From NCBI GenBank assembly GCA_004556705.1, contig SFGA01000002.1:12938-76937 (forward strand): a stretch of DNA of 64,000 bases, given 5' to 3'. The notes below the pieces were generated by a model, which worked only from the letters and a program-made list of their open reading frames with translations, made no database searches and had not been told where the DNA came from. Origin of the DNA: Ruminococcus sp. GTDB lineage: Bacteria > Bacillota > Clostridia > Oscillospirales > Acutalibacteraceae. The position numbers and the translations under genes were made by a program. This document shows positions 38,376-51,318 of the stretch, piece after piece (the stretch's first letter is position 1; each line of letters starts with the position of its first letter).

Positions 38376-40949
38376 ATGGCTAAAAATAAAACTTCAAGCG
38401 CAAGTCATAATCATAATTTAGGAGATTATGTTCCGCTTGAGCAACAGAACATTATAAACAAGGAAATAAATCAGGAAATGAGAAATTCATTCCTTGATTA
38501 CTCTATGTCGGTTATCACCTCCCGTGCGCTTCCCGACGTCAGAGACGGCTTAAAGCCCGTTCACAGAAGAATTCTCTACACAATGTACGAAAAGCATTTG
38601 TATCCGAATGTGGCATACCGTAAGTGTGCCGATACAGTCGGTGCCGTATTGGGTTCTTACCATCCTCACGGTGATGCTTCGGTTTACGATGCAATGGTTA
38701 GACTTGCGCAGGATTTCTCAATGAGATACACTCTTGTTGACGGTCACGGTAACTTCGGTTCAATCGACGGCGACCCCCCTGCTGCATACCGTTATACAGA
38801 GTCGAGAATGAGCAAAATCGCTCTCGAGCTTTTGACTGATATTGATAAAAAGACCGTAGACTATGTTTCAAACTACGACGACAGACTTAAAGAGCCCACA
38901 GTTCTTCCGTCAAGATACCCGAACCTGCTTGTAAACGGATCAACGGGTATTGCCGTAGGTATGGCAACAAATATTCCCCCTCATAATCTCGGTGAGGTTA
39001 TCGACGGCGTATGCTGTGTAATTGACAATCCCGACGCTTCGTTGGAAGAAATTATGGAGCATATCAAGGGACCGGATTTCCCGACAGAGGGAATTATTAT
39101 GGGCAGAGCCGGTATTCGTGCGGCTTATGCTACGGGCAGAGGTAAAATTACTCTTCGTGGCCGTGCCGAAATTATTGAAAACGAAAAGAACGGCAAATTT
39201 CAAATCGTAATTACCGAGCTTCCCTATCAGGTTAATAAGGCAAGACTTATCGAGTCAATCGCAGAGCTTCATAAGGATAAAAAAATCGAGGGAATGTCGG
39301 GCATTAACGACTATTCTTCAAAGCGTGGCGGCGGTATCAGAATTGTTATCGACCTCAAGAGAGATGCAAACCCGCAGGTTATCTTAAATCAGCTGTATCA
39401 GATGACGCAGCTTCAGATTTCCTACGGTATCATTCAGCTCGCCCTTGTTGACGGCGTTCCGAAGATTCTTACACTTAAAGAAATTATTGAGCAGTATATC
39501 AAATTCCAATGTGAAATAATCACAAGAAGAACGGAGTTTGACCTTAAAAAAGCGCAGGACAGAGAGCACATTCTTGCAGGTCTTGAAAGAGCCGTTGATA
39601 TTGTTGACGATATTATTGCTACAATTCGTGCTTGTAAGGGCGGTCAGGCGGAGGCAAAGCAGGCTATTATGGATAAGTTTGACTTTGACGAGCCGCAGGC
39701 AGATGCGATAGTTGCGTTCAGACTCGGTCAGCTGGCAGGTCTTGAAATTCAGAAAATTATTTCCGAGAGAAAAGAGCTTCAGGAAAAAATTAAGTCCTTG
39801 CTTGAGCTTTTGTCTTCTGAAACAAATATCAAAAATACCGTTAAAACAGAACTTCAGGTTATTGCCGAAAAATTCAGCGATGAGAGAAGAACAGAGATTT
39901 CCAACGTTGCGGGCGAAGTTGATATTGAGGACCTTATTCCCGAAGAGGACTGCGTTTATACGCTTACAAATATGGGATATATTAAACGTCAGCCTGTTGA
40001 CACTTATCAGAGTCAGCGCAGAGGCGGCAAGGGCATTAAGGGTATGACAAGACGTGAAGAGGATTACGCAAAGACAATGTTTACCTGCTCTTCACACGAC
40101 TATATTATGTTCTTTACCTCGCTCGGTAAGGCTTACAGGCTCAAGGGCTATGAAATTCCCGAGGGCAGCCGTTCAAGTAAGGGTATGAATGTTGTTAATA
40201 TTCTTCCCATTACTTCGGACGAGAAAATTACATCAATGATAAGAGTACCGAACTTCAGCGACGAGGATAATTTCTATCTCTGTATGCTTACAAAACAGGG
40301 CATTATTAAGCGTACTCCGCTTAACGCATATAAGAATATTCGTAAGTCGGGTATTCTTGCAATAAATCTTGACGAGGGCGACGAGCTTGATTGGGTTGCG
40401 CTCACAGATGGTACGAAGAAGATAATGGTAGCAACAAAGAAGGGCTTTGCTATTACATTTGAGGAAAATGATGCAAGGGTAATCGGCAGAACTGCCCGTG
40501 GTGTTAAGGCTATCTCACTTCGTGACGGCGACGAGGTTACGGGTATGTGTATCCTCGAAGAGGGCAAAAAGGTTCTTACAATTTCAGAAACAGGCTTCGG
40601 CAGACGTTCCGAAATTGACAATTACCGTATTCAGTCGAGAGGCGGTAAGGGACTTACCAACTATAAGACCGAGCTTTACGGAGATGTTGCGGCAGTTTCA
40701 ATGATTGATGACGACGAGGATATTATCATAATTTCTTCGGACGGAATTATCATAAGAATAAAGGCATCCGATATAAGTACCTTCTCAAGAACATCAAAGG
40801 GTGTTCGTGTTATGAAGGTATCCGAGGGCGAAAAGGTTTCGGCTTTCTCGATTACCGCACATGATGCAGAAGAAAAGACCGATGAGCTTGAAATAAGCGA
40901 AGAAGATGCCGAGGGTAATGAAACAGAAGTGTCCGAAACGGAGGAATAA
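38376..40949 (+). CDS. gyrA: DNA gyrase subunit A
   Basis: [27 protein letters not shown], the [21 protein letters not shown], active-site AAYRYTE, a C-terminal beta-pinwheel with GyrA box QSQRRGGKG, and an acidic tail. Confidence 0.98.
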   Translation: MAKNKTSSASHNHNLGDYVPLEQQNIINKEINQEMRNSFLDYSMSVITSRALPDVRDGLKPVHRRILYTMYEKHLYPNVAYRKCADTVGAVLGSYHPHGDASVYDAMVRLAQDFSMRYTLVDGHGNFGSIDGDPPAAYRYTESRMSKIALELLTDIDKKTVDYVSNYDDRLKEPTVLPSRYPNLLVNGSTGIAVGMATNIPPHNLGEVIDGVCCVIDNPDASLEEIMEHIKGPDFPTEGIIMGRAGIRAAYATGRGKITLRGRAEIIENEKNGKFQIVITELPYQVNKARLIESIAELHKDKKIEGMSGINDYSSKRGGGIRIVIDLKRDANPQVILNQLYQMTQLQISYGIIQLALVDGVPKILTLKEIIEQYIKFQCEIITRRTEFDLKKAQDREHILAGLERAVDIVDDIIATIRACKGGQAEAKQAIMDKFDFDEPQADAIVAFRLGQLAGLEIQKIISERKELQEKIKSLLELLSSETNIKNTVKTELQVIAEKFSDERRTEISNVAGEVDIEDLIPEEDCVYTLTNMGYIKRQPVDTYQSQRRGGKGIKGMTRREEDYAKTMFTCSSHDYIMFFTSLGKAYRLKGYEIPEGSRSSKGMNVVNILPITSDEKITSMIRVPNFSDEDNFYLCMLTKQGIIKRTPLNAYKNIRKSGILAINLDEGDELDWVALTDGTKKIMVATKKGFAITFEENDARVIGRTARGVKAISLRDGDEVTGMCILEEGKKVLTISETGFGRRSEIDNYRIQSRGGKGLTNYKTELYGDVAAVSMIDDDEDIIIISSDGIIIRIKASDISTFSRTSKGVRVMKVSEGEKVSAFSITAHDAEEKTDELEISEEDAEGNETEVSETEE

Positions 40950-41032
40950 TTTATAAATACGCATATTTTGCGTAACAATCTGTTAATTTTTAGATGCTAC
41001 AATTAAAGAAAATACAGTAATGGTGGTAGTAT

Positions 41033-42088
41033 ATGAATTATCAACAGCCTTTCTCTCCTTACGGACAGAACAATCGATACAATTTTAATAACAACTATAA
41101 CGGAGAATATTATCTTCTTAAAAACAAGCATAAGGCGAACATTTCAACCGTCAGCAAGGTATGCGGTGCTGCGGTTACGGCATTTATCGTGCTCGGAACA
41201 ATTTTAGGACTTGTTCTTTCTCAGGTTGACGGCTTTGAGGAGCTTTATAGGAACAACGAGTATTTTGTTTCTGCGCTGACGGCGTTGATGTCGCTTTTCA
41301 CGTTGGGACTTCCGTTTTTAATTGCGTATAAATCGTTAAAAAAAAGAAATTATGTCAAAGATTTGCCGCTTGGAAGACCTTATGACAATAAGGAATTTGC
41401 ACTTTTAATTCCGATTACCGTAATGATTTGTATTCTCGGAAGCATTGCAACGGGTATGTTTTCGACTTTTTGTGAGGCTGTGTTCGGAATTGAGTTTTCG
41501 CAGCCTGATGACGGCTCGACCTACAGTACCTTTCAAACGGTTGCGATATCGTTTTTTGTAACTGCCGTTATCCCTGCGTTTGTTGAGGAATTTGCAATCA
41601 GGGGCGTTGTTATGCAGTCTCTTCGCAAATACGGAGACGGCTTTGCTATAATTATGTCCTCGTTTGTGTTTGCTCTTATGCACGGAAATATGATACAGAT
41701 ACCCTTTGCGTTTATTGCCGGTATCGGTATCGGATATGCGGTTATTAAAACAGGCACTATGTGGACGGGTATTATAATTCACTTTATAAACAACGCAATT
41801 GCGGTAATTTCAATGACTGTTTCGCAGAATTGCTCGGACGAAATTACGAATATGTTTTCAATGATTCTTTACACGGTCGTTTTTGCTGTGGGAATTATTT
41901 GTTTTGCACTTTATGCAAACGACAGAAAGCAAAAGGCTCTCGGCGGAGCTTTTTCAAAAAACACTCTTTCAAGAGGCTGCACGTCTGCTCTTACAAGCGG
42001 AGAAAAAGCAATCAGCTTTATCTTTAGTGCACCGATGGTAATTGCAGAGGTTTTGCTTATTGTCGAAACAAGCCTTTATATTAACTGA
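41033..42088 (+). CDS. CPBP-family intramembrane glutamic endopeptidase (CAAX protease/Abi)
   Basis: Polytopic protein. Motif 1 is FVEEFAIRG, motif 2 is FALMHG, motif 3 is HFINNAIA. The N-terminus is Asn/Tyr-rich and low-complexity. Confidence 0.85.
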   Translation: MNYQQPFSPYGQNNRYNFNNNYNGEYYLLKNKHKANISTVSKVCGAAVTAFIVLGTILGLVLSQVDGFEELYRNNEYFVSALTALMSLFTLGLPFLIAYKSLKKRNYVKDLPLGRPYDNKEFALLIPITVMICILGSIATGMFSTFCEAVFGIEFSQPDDGSTYSTFQTVAISFFVTAVIPAFVEEFAIRGVVMQSLRKYGDGFAIIMSSFVFALMHGNMIQIPFAFIAGIGIGYAVIKTGTMWTGIIIHFINNAIAVISMTVSQNCSDEITNMFSMILYTVVFAVGIICFALYANDRKQKALGGAFSKNTLSRGCTSALTSGEKAISFIFSAPMVIAEVLLIVETSLYIN

Positions 42089-42089
42089 T

Positions 42090-42554
42090 ATGGATAAATA
42101 TGATTTTATGCGTCTTGCACTCGAACAGGCAAGGCTTTCGGCGGATGAGGGTGAAGTTCCGGTCGGTGCGGTGGTTGTGAGAAACGGCGAGGTTGTTTCC
42201 TACGGCAGAAATCGCAGAGAAAAGGAGAAAAACGCTCTTTGCCACGCTGAAATAGAGGCGATTGACAAAGCTTGCAAGGCTCTCGGCGGTTGGCGGCTTT
42301 GGGAGTGCGAAATGTATGTAACCCTTGAGCCGTGTCCGATGTGTGCGGGTGCGATTATAAATTCAAGACTAAAAAAAGTCACATACGGTGCAAAGGATTA
42401 TAAAAACGGTGCTGTAGAATCGGTGACGGAAATGTTTTCTCTCCCCTTTACGCATAAGCCGGAAACGGAAAGCGGAGTTTTGGGCGAGGAATGTTCAAAT
42501 ATGCTCTCGGAATTTTTTAAGAATTTACGTGAGCAGAGAACAAATAATAAATAA
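42090..42554 (+). CDS. tadA: tRNA-specific adenosine deaminase
   Basis: MRLALEQARLSADEGEVPVGAVVV, HAEIEAI and TLEPCPMCAGAI. ATG 42090 lies 1 nt after the CPBP stop. The track start at 42042 was rejected. Confidence 0.94.
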   Translation: MDKYDFMRLALEQARLSADEGEVPVGAVVVRNGEVVSYGRNRREKEKNALCHAEIEAIDKACKALGGWRLWECEMYVTLEPCPMCAGAIINSRLKKVTYGAKDYKNGAVESVTEMFSLPFTHKPETESGVLGEECSNMLSEFFKNLREQRTNNK

Positions 42555-42581
42555 GTAATAAAATTTATTTTAGGTGATATT

Positions 42582-43400
42582 ATGAGTAAAAATTGCAATC
42601 ATGATTGCTCAAACTGTGCGTCGAAGTGCGAAAACGAAAAGAAGGATTTTCGTTTACCGCAGAACGCAAACAGCAATGTAAAAAAAGTTATCGGAGTTGT
42701 CAGCGGTAAGGGCGGCGTAGGCAAAAGCTTTGTAACATCTACACTTGCGCTTGCTTCACAGCTTCACGGCTATAAAACGGCTATACTTGACGCCGATATT
42801 ACAGGCCCGTCAATCCCCAAAGGCTTTGGTATTCACGGCAGAGCGCTTGGAAACGACGAGGGAATTTTGCCTGCCGAAACAAAGCTCGGCATTAAGATTA
42901 TGAGCATTAACCTTTTGCTTGAAAAAGAGGATGCTCCCGTTATTTGGAGAGGTCCCGTAATTTCGGGCGTTATAAATCAGTTCTGGCAAGAGGTTCAATG
43001 GGGCGACGTTGACTATATGTTTGTCGATATGCCTCCCGGAACGGGCGACGTTCCGCTTACCGTGTTCCAAAGTATGCCCGTTGACGGAATTATTATCGTT
43101 ACGACGCCGCAGGACCTTGTAACTATGATAGTTAAAAAGGCTTACAATATGGCAAAGATGATGAATATACCGATTCTCGGTATAGTTGAAAATATGAGCT
43201 ATTTTGAATGTCCCGATTGTCACAAAAAGCACTACATTTTCGGCGAAAGCAAAATAGACGAGGTTGCAAAGGAGCTTGAGATACCCGTTCTCGCCAAGCT
43301 TCCGATAAATCCTGCCACTGCGGCATACGTAGATAACGGCACAATAGAGCTTGCAGACGCTTCGGCTATGACCGAGGTTATAGAGCGTATTACCGAATAA
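42582..43400 (+). CDS. Mrp/NBP35 (ApbC-type) Fe-S cluster carrier ATPase
   Basis: N-terminal Cys-rich CNHDCSNCASKC, deviant Walker A VSGKGGVGKS, FVDMPPGTGD, and the CPxC motif FECPDCHKKH. Confidence 0.88.
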   Translation: MSKNCNHDCSNCASKCENEKKDFRLPQNANSNVKKVIGVVSGKGGVGKSFVTSTLALASQLHGYKTAILDADITGPSIPKGFGIHGRALGNDEGILPAETKLGIKIMSINLLLEKEDAPVIWRGPVISGVINQFWQEVQWGDVDYMFVDMPPGTGDVPLTVFQSMPVDGIIIVTTPQDLVTMIVKKAYNMAKMMNIPILGIVENMSYFECPDCHKKHYIFGESKIDEVAKELEIPVLAKLPINPATAAYVDNGTIELADASAMTEVIERITE

Positions 43401-43413
43401 GTCAAAAGGCACA

Positions 43414-43444
43414 AAAACACCTGTAAAACCACGGGTGTTTTTTC
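43414..43444 (+). terminator. Rho-independent terminator
   Basis: AAACACCTGT / ACGGGTGTTT stem around loop AAAACC, followed by a T-run. Confidence 0.7.
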
Positions 43445-43475
43445 TTATTTATCTATTGAATTAAATCGTCAGTAA

Positions 43476-44981
<1,506 letters not shown>

Positions 44982-45006
44982 TTCGATTTGAAATTGAGGT
45001 AAGGAT

Positions 45007-46260
45007 ATGTATAACGATCTTTTGGATTCAATCGGTCTTGTTTCAAAGTATGACGAGCAGGTTGGCTCGGCAATGAAAAAAGAACTTGAGCGCCAGCAGA
45101 GAAACATTGAGCTTATCGCAAGTGAGAACATTGTTTCTCCTGCGGTTATGGCTGCTATGGGAAGCATTTTGACAAACAAATATGCAGAGGGCTATCCGGG
45201 TAAGAGATATTACGGCGGCTGCGAGTGCGTTGATATTGTCGAGGATATTGCAAGAGACAGAGTTAAGGAGCTTTTCGGCGCAAGCTACGCAAACGTTCAG
45301 CCTCATTCGGGCGCACAGGCTAATATGGCTGTTTACTTTGCACTTCTCAATCCCGGCGATACCGTTATGGGAATGAACCTTGCAGAGGGCGGACACCTCA
45401 CACACGGCTCACCTGTTAATATGTCGGGTAAATACTTCAACTTCGTACCTTACGGCGTAAACGCTGACGGCTTTATCGATTACGACGAGTTTGAAGAAAA
45501 GGCTAAGGAGTGCAAACCGAAGCTTATCGTTGCAGGCGCTTCGGCATATCCGAGAATTATTGACTTTGAGAGAATTTCTCAAATCGCAAAAGAAGTCGGC
45601 GCATACTTTATGGTCGATATGGCTCATATTGCGGGACTTGTTGCGGCAGGACTTCACCCCTCGCCCGTTCCGTATGCGGATGTTGTAACATCAACAACTC
45701 ATAAGACTTTGAGAGGACCGAGAGGCGGTCTTATACTTTGCAACGACGAGGAGCTCGGCAAGGCATTTAACAAGGCTATCTTCCCCGGAACACAGGGCGG
45801 TCCGCTTATGCACGTTATCGCAGGTAAGGCAGTTTGCTTCGGCGAAGCTCTCAAACCCGAGTTCAAGGAATATCAGAAGAATGTTATCGACAACTGTCAG
45901 GCACTTGTAAAGGGCTTGCTTGCAAGAGATATCAAGCTTGTATCAGGCGGAAGCGACAACCATCTTTGCCTTGTTGACCTTCGTGGCAGCGAGGTTACAG
46001 GTAAGGAGCTTGAACACAGACTTGATGAGGTTTATATCACGGCTAACAAGAACACCGTTCCCAACGAGCCTCGCAGTCCGTTTATCACAAGCGGCTTGCG
46101 TCTCGGTACTCCTGCCGTTACAACAAGAGGCTTTGACACTGAGGATATGGACAAGATTGCAGAGTACATTGCTCTTGCGGTAAATGACTTTGAAAACAGC
46201 AAGGATTACATCCGCAACGGTGTTAATGAAATTTGCAACAGACATCCGCTTTATAAGTAA
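45007..46260 (+). CDS. glyA: Serine hydroxymethyltransferase
   Basis: [38 protein letters not shown] and the PLP-lysine region [15 protein letters not shown]. Confidence 0.98.
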   Translation: MYNDLLDSIGLVSKYDEQVGSAMKKELERQQRNIELIASENIVSPAVMAAMGSILTNKYAEGYPGKRYYGGCECVDIVEDIARDRVKELFGASYANVQPHSGAQANMAVYFALLNPGDTVMGMNLAEGGHLTHGSPVNMSGKYFNFVPYGVNADGFIDYDEFEEKAKECKPKLIVAGASAYPRIIDFERISQIAKEVGAYFMVDMAHIAGLVAAGLHPSPVPYADVVTSTTHKTLRGPRGGLILCNDEELGKAFNKAIFPGTQGGPLMHVIAGKAVCFGEALKPEFKEYQKNVIDNCQALVKGLLARDIKLVSGGSDNHLCLVDLRGSEVTGKELEHRLDEVYITANKNTVPNEPRSPFITSGLRLGTPAVTTRGFDTEDMDKIAEYIALAVNDFENSKDYIRNGVNEICNRHPLYK

Positions 46261-46278
46261 TTGAAAAAGGCGTAATTT

Positions 46279-46800
46279 ATGAGAGACGTTATTATCGCAA
46301 GTGCTAATAATCACTCCGCTGAGCGTATTAAAACGATTTTGCAAAGCGGTGGGATATTCGTTCGCTCTCTTTTATGCTCGGGAAACGAGGTGCTCGCTTT
46401 CACGGGCGTTTATCCACGGGCATTGGTAGTGTGCGGAAGGCTTGGCGATATGACGGCTCTTACTCTTGCTAATATGCTTCCGCAGGGCTGTGATGTTATA
46501 CATCTTTTGCCCTCGGGAGAGTCGCAGGCTGTGTTTGTGAGCAATATGGTAGAAATAAATATGCCGCTTGACAGAGTTGAGTTTTTGAGAACCGTTAAGG
46601 TAATGGCGGCAACGGAAAACGAGGTTCTTTCAAGACACAAGAAAAGCGACGAGACAGAGGAAATACTCGACAGAGCTAAGCGTATAATAATGAACAGGCA
46701 CCACGTTTCCGAACGTGAGGCGCACAAGATATTACAGCGCAGAAGCATGGAAAGCGGAATGAAGCTTTTGGAGCTTGCACGAATGATTGGAGATGGATAG
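46279..46800 (+). CDS. ANTAR-domain RNA-binding antiterminator with degenerate receiver-like N-terminal domain
   Basis: The C-terminal ANTAR helices read ILDRAKRIIMNRHHVSEREAHKILQRRSMESGMKLLELARMI. The N-terminal ~110 aa has a receiver-like beta-alpha pattern, but I see no acidic pocket (VIIASANNHS; ALVVCGRLGDM). Confidence 0.75.
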   Translation: MRDVIIASANNHSAERIKTILQSGGIFVRSLLCSGNEVLAFTGVYPRALVVCGRLGDMTALTLANMLPQGCDVIHLLPSGESQAVFVSNMVEINMPLDRVEFLRTVKVMAATENEVLSRHKKSDETEEILDRAKRIIMNRHHVSEREAHKILQRRSMESGMKLLELARMIGDG

Positions 46801-47638
46801 ATTGAAATTTACTAAAATGCACGGGGCAGGAAATGACTACATATATATCAACTGCTTTGAGGAGACAGTCAAAAATCCGGAAAAGCTTGCGATAAAGGTC
46901 AGCGACAGACATTTCGGCATCGGCTCGGACGGACTTATTCTCATTTCCCCGAGCGACAAGGCGGATTTCAATATGAACATTTATAACGCCGACGGCTCCG
47001 AGGGTATGATGTGCGGAAACGGCATAAGGTGCGTTTCAAAATATGTTTATGATAACGGTATGACCGATAAGGATGAAATATCGGTTGAAACAAGAAGCGG
47101 AATCAAGCTTATAAAAATGAACGTTGAGAACGGAAAAGTTGTCAGCGCAAGAGTTAATATGGGCGAGCCGATATTAGAAGCCGAAAAAATACCGACAAAG
47201 TTTGACGGCGAAAATGTGATTAGACAAAAATTAACTATCGACGAAAAAGAGTACGAGGTTACCTGTGTTTCTATGGGAAATCCCCATTGTATTGTCTATG
47301 TTGACGACGTAAAAGACATTGACCTTGAAAAGATAGGCCCTAAATTTGAAAACAACGAAATGTTCCCCGAAAGAATAAACACGGAATTTGTGCACGTTGT
47401 GAGCGATACCGAACTTGATATGAGGGTTTGGGAAAGAGGCTCGGGCGAAACTCTCGCCTGCGGCACAGGCTCTTGTGCGGTAACCGTGGCTTCTGTGCTT
47501 TGCGGCTACTGTAAGAGGAACACGGAGATAAAAATAAATCTTTTAGGCGGTACGCTTACCGACATTTGGACTGACGGCGGAGACGTTTATATGACAGGTC
47601 CTGCCGCAACGGTATGCACCGGTGAAATTGAAGAATAA
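46793..47638 (+). CDS. dapF: Diaminopimelate epimerase
   Basis: KFTKMHGAGNDYIYI. Catalytic Cys motifs are MCGNGIRC and ACGTGSCA. The start is uncertain (TTG 46787 or ATG 46793) and overlaps the last codons of the ANTAR gene. Confidence 0.93.
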   Translation: MDRLKFTKMHGAGNDYIYINCFEETVKNPEKLAIKVSDRHFGIGSDGLILISPSDKADFNMNIYNADGSEGMMCGNGIRCVSKYVYDNGMTDKDEISVETRSGIKLIKMNVENGKVVSARVNMGEPILEAEKIPTKFDGENVIRQKLTIDEKEYEVTCVSMGNPHCIVYVDDVKDIDLEKIGPKFENNEMFPERINTEFVHVVSDTELDMRVWERGSGETLACGTGSCAVTVASVLCGYCKRNTEIKINLLGGTLTDIWTDGGDVYMTGPAATVCTGEIEE

Positions 47639-47656
47639 ACGAAAGGAAATATAAAA

Positions 47657-48874
47657 ATGAAATTCAACGAAAACTTTTTGAAAATCGAAAGCAGCTATCT
47701 TTTTTTGAACATTGCGAAAAAGGTTGAGGCTTATTCAAAGGCAAATCCCGACAAAGAGATTATAAGACTCGGTATCGGCGACGTTACACGTCCGTTGGCG
47801 CCTGCTTGCATTGACGCTATGCACAAGGCTGTTGATGAAATGTCGAAAGCTGAAACTTTCAGAGGATATCCGCCTGCATTCGGCTATGATTTCCTTTTAG
47901 ACGCAATCAATGAAAATGACTATAAGGCTCACGGCGTAGAGCTTGACAATTCGGAAATTTTTGTATCTGACGGCGCAAAGAGCGATACGGGCAACATCGG
48001 CGATATTTTCTCGCTTGACAATAAGGTTGCTATTTGCGACCCTGTTTATCCCGTATATGTTGACACAAATGTTATGTCAGGCCGTTCGGGCGAAAAGGAC
48101 GCAGACGGAAAATGGTCAAACATTTATTATATGACCTGTCTTGCCGAAAATAATTTCCTGCCCGAGCTTCCTAAGGAAAAGGTTGACTTGATTTACCTTT
48201 GCTTCCCGAACAATCCCACGGGTATGGCAATTACAAAAGACGAGCTTAAAAAATGGGTTGATTATGCAAATGAGAACGGCTCTGTAATCCTTTACGACGC
48301 AGCTTATGAAGCGTTTATCACAGAGGACAATGTACCGCACACCATTTATGAAATCGAGGGTGCAAAGACCTGTGCAATCGAGTTCAAATCCTTCTCAAAG
48401 ACAGCAGGCTTCACGGGTGTCCGTTGCGGTTATACGGTTGTTCCTCACGAACTCAAAGTTGACGGCGTAGAACTCAACTCAATGTGGGCACGCAGACAGG
48501 CGACAAAGTTCAACGGCGTTTCATATGTGACACAGAGAGCAGCGGAGGCTGTTTATTCGGAACAGGGAAAGAAAGAAATCAGGGAAATCATTGCTTATTA
48601 TCAGAAAAATGCTAAAATAATATATGACGGCTTAAAGGCTTGCGGTCTTGAGGTTTACGGTGCGGTAAATTCGCCGTACGTTTGGCTTAAAACTCCCGAC
48701 AATATGGGCAGCTGGGACTTCTTTGATCTTCTTCTTAACGAGCTTCAGGTTGTTGGCACACCCGGCGAGGGCTTCGGTCCGGCAGGCGAGGGATATTTCC
48801 GCCTTACCGCTTTCGGAACAACCGAAAACACAGAAAAGGCTGTTGAAAGAATAAGAAAATATTTTGCGAAATAA
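47657..48874 (+). CDS. dapL: LL-diaminopimelate aminotransferase
   Basis: [10 protein letters not shown]......[15 protein letters not shown]-lysine region [17 protein letters not shown]. Length ~405 aa, adjacent to dapF. Confidence 0.9.
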   Translation: MKFNENFLKIESSYLFLNIAKKVEAYSKANPDKEIIRLGIGDVTRPLAPACIDAMHKAVDEMSKAETFRGYPPAFGYDFLLDAINENDYKAHGVELDNSEIFVSDGAKSDTGNIGDIFSLDNKVAICDPVYPVYVDTNVMSGRSGEKDADGKWSNIYYMTCLAENNFLPELPKEKVDLIYLCFPNNPTGMAITKDELKKWVDYANENGSVILYDAAYEAFITEDNVPHTIYEIEGAKTCAIEFKSFSKTAGFTGVRCGYTVVPHELKVDGVELNSMWARRQATKFNGVSYVTQRAAEAVYSEQGKKEIREIIAYYQKNAKIIYDGLKACGLEVYGAVNSPYVWLKTPDNMGSWDFFDLLLNELQVVGTPGEGFGPAGEGYFRLTAFGTTENTEKAVERIRKYFAK

Positions 48875-48888
48875 TGAGGGGTACTATA

Positions 48889-50319
48889 ATGAAAGATATC
48901 TACGAGAGTCCGCTTAATTCAAGATATTCAAGCAAGGAAATGAAATATATTTTCTCACCTGATTTTAAGTTTAAGACTTGGAGAAAGCTTTGGATTGCTC
49001 TTGCGGAGAGTGAAAAAGAGCTTGGCTTGGATATTACCGACGAGCAGATAGCAGAGCTTAAAGCTCATGCAGAGGATATAAACTACGAGGTTGCCGAGGC
49101 TGAGGAAAAGAGGGTTCGTCACGACGTAATGAGCCATGTTCACGCTTACGGCGTACAGTGCCCGAAGGCAAAGGGAATTATCCATTGGGGCGCTACCTCC
49201 TGCTATGTCGGAGATAACACGGACGTTATCATAATGACAGAGGCGTTAAAGCTTGTCAGGAAAAAGCTTGTCAACCTTATAAACGAGCTTTCGAAGTTTG
49301 CTATGAAATATAAGGATATGCCCTGCCTTGCATTTACTCATTTTCAGGCGGCTCAGCCGACAACCGTAGGAAAAAGAGCTTCGCTTTGGCTCAACGATTT
49401 GGTGCTTGACTTTGCACAGCTTGAGTTCCAGCTTTCACAGATGAAGCTTTTAGGCTCAAAAGGCACAACGGGCACACAGGCTTCGTTCGTTGAAATTTTT
49501 GACGGCGACTCCGAGAAAATCAAGGCGCTCGACAGGAAAATTGCAGAAAAAATGGGCTTTGAAAGCTGCTATATGGTATCGGGACAGACCTATTCGAGAA
49601 AGCTCGATTACAATGTTTTGAGCGTGCTTTCGGAAATTGCCCAGTCGGCTTACAAGTTCTCGGGCGATATGAGATTGTTACAGCACAAAAAAGAGCTTGA
49701 AGAACCGTTTGAGAAAACTCAGATTGGCTCTTCAGCAATGGCATACAAGAGAAATCCGATGAGAAGCGAAAGAATTTCATCGCTTTCAAGATATGTGATT
49801 TGCGACACGCTCAACCCTGCAATCACAGCCGCTACACAGTGGTTTGAGAGAACGCTTGATGACTCTGCGAACAAGAGAATAAGCGTACCCGAGGCTTTCC
49901 TTGCAGTTGATGCGGTGCTTGAGCTTTATATAAACGTCGTTGACGGAATTGTTGTATATCCGAAGATGATTGAAAGACATCTCAACGAGGAGCTTCCGTT
50001 TATGGCGACTGAAAATATTATGATGGCTGCCGTTAAAAAAGGCGGAGACCGTCAGGAGCTTCACGAGAGAATCCGTGTTCTTTCAATGGAGGCGGGCAAG
50101 GTCGTCAAAGTTGACGGCGGAGAAAACGATTTGGTTGACCGTATTGCGGCTGACAGTATGTTCTCACTTACAAAGGAGGAAATCCTTGCCGAAATGAAGC
50201 CTGAAAAGTTTGTCGGCAGAGCACCCGAGCAGGTTGTTGAGTTTATCGACGCCGAGGTTAAGCCGATACTTGAAAAATACAAGGATGAATTGGGAATAAG
50301 CGTAGAGATAAATGTTTAA
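48889..50319 (+). CDS. purB: Adenylosuccinate lyase
   Basis: YESPLNSRYSSKEM..IFS and the fumarate-lyase signature GSSAMAYKRNPMRSE. ATG 48889 follows GAGGGG. The track start at 48874 was rejected. Confidence 0.96.
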   Translation: MKDIYESPLNSRYSSKEMKYIFSPDFKFKTWRKLWIALAESEKELGLDITDEQIAELKAHAEDINYEVAEAEEKRVRHDVMSHVHAYGVQCPKAKGIIHWGATSCYVGDNTDVIIMTEALKLVRKKLVNLINELSKFAMKYKDMPCLAFTHFQAAQPTTVGKRASLWLNDLVLDFAQLEFQLSQMKLLGSKGTTGTQASFVEIFDGDSEKIKALDRKIAEKMGFESCYMVSGQTYSRKLDYNVLSVLSEIAQSAYKFSGDMRLLQHKKELEEPFEKTQIGSSAMAYKRNPMRSERISSLSRYVICDTLNPAITAATQWFERTLDDSANKRISVPEAFLAVDAVLELYINVVDGIVVYPKMIERHLNEELPFMATENIMMAAVKKGGDRQELHERIRVLSMEAGKVVKVDGGENDLVDRIAADSMFSLTKEEILAEMKPEKFVGRAPEQVVEFIDAEVKPILEKYKDELGISVEINV

Positions 50320-50353
50320 TAAGTGACAAATATCTTAAAAAGAGGCTGATTTA

Positions 50354-51316
50354 TTGATTTACACCGGTGAAAAATGTCCTGTATGCGGTAAAAAATTCGT
50401 TGAGGGCGACGATATAGTCGTTTGTCCCGTTTGCGGAACTCCGCATCACAGAGATTGCTACAATCTTCATAATGCTTGCGCTAACGAAGGCTTGCACGCT
50501 GAAAATTTTGAATGGAAGCCCGAAGCGAAGGCAGAAGAGCCGAAAGCGTTTGAGGAGCACGGAAAAAACGGAGGAAAAACCGTTGTTTGTCCGAACTGCG
50601 GAAGAGAAAATCCGGCAGAGGAGCCGAACTGTCTTTATTGCTCGGCAAGACTTTATAATGTCGGAACTGCAATTCCGCCGTTCCCGAATATGCCGTATGG
50701 AGCAAGAGTTATTGAAATTTCGCCCGACGACACAATAGGGTCGCATAAAATTTCAGACGTTGCTTCGTATATCAGAAACGGCGCAAGCAGATATATACCT
50801 AAATTTTATGCCGCTGAAAAGACGGGTAAAAAGTTCACTTTCAACTGGGCAGCGTTTTTCTTCTCACCCTATTGGTTCTTTTTCAGAAAAATGAACATTA
50901 TAGGCTTCGTGCTGCTGCTTGTTTCGCTGTTTACAACGGGAGTCTGCACGACTCCGAGGTTTGTTGAAAAAACAGAGGCGTATTATGCTTCTGTCGAGCA
51001 GTACCAAAGCGGAGAGCTTTCCGTTGAGGAAATGAGCGAGGTCAGCAAGGAGTTTATTAAAACGCCCGAGGTCATAGCTCTTGCGAGCGTTGAGCTTGCA
51101 ATCAGGCTGTTTGGCGGAATTTTCGGCAACACGTTCTATAAAAAGAAAATCGAAAAGGATTTGACCGATTTTAAGGCGGAGTCAAAAACCGATGAGGAAT
51201 ACCAGCTGCGGATTTTGAAACGAGGCGGTACTTCAATGGTAATGACGACGCTTGGAGTTTTAGGATATTACTGTGCGGAACAGTTGTTGATTTCGTTTAT
51301 CACAAGGGGGAACTGA
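50354..51316 (+). CDS. Zinc-ribbon / DUF2628-like membrane protein
   Basis: There are two Cys4 zinc ribbons. The first is CPVCGKKF...CPVCGTPHHRDC and the second is CPNCGREN...CLYCSARL. A DUF2628-like block FNWAAFFFSPYWFFFRKM with TM segments follows. Apparent TTG start 8 nt after AGAGG. Confidence 0.65.
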   Translation: MIYTGEKCPVCGKKFVEGDDIVVCPVCGTPHHRDCYNLHNACANEGLHAENFEWKPEAKAEEPKAFEEHGKNGGKTVVCPNCGRENPAEEPNCLYCSARLYNVGTAIPPFPNMPYGARVIEISPDDTIGSHKISDVASYIRNGASRYIPKFYAAEKTGKKFTFNWAAFFFSPYWFFFRKMNIIGFVLLLVSLFTTGVCTTPRFVEKTEAYYASVEQYQSGELSVEEMSEVSKEFIKTPEVIALASVELAIRLFGGIFGNTFYKKKIEKDLTDFKAESKTDEEYQLRILKRGGTSMVMTTLGVLGYYCAEQLLISFITRGN

Positions 51317-51318
51317 TT

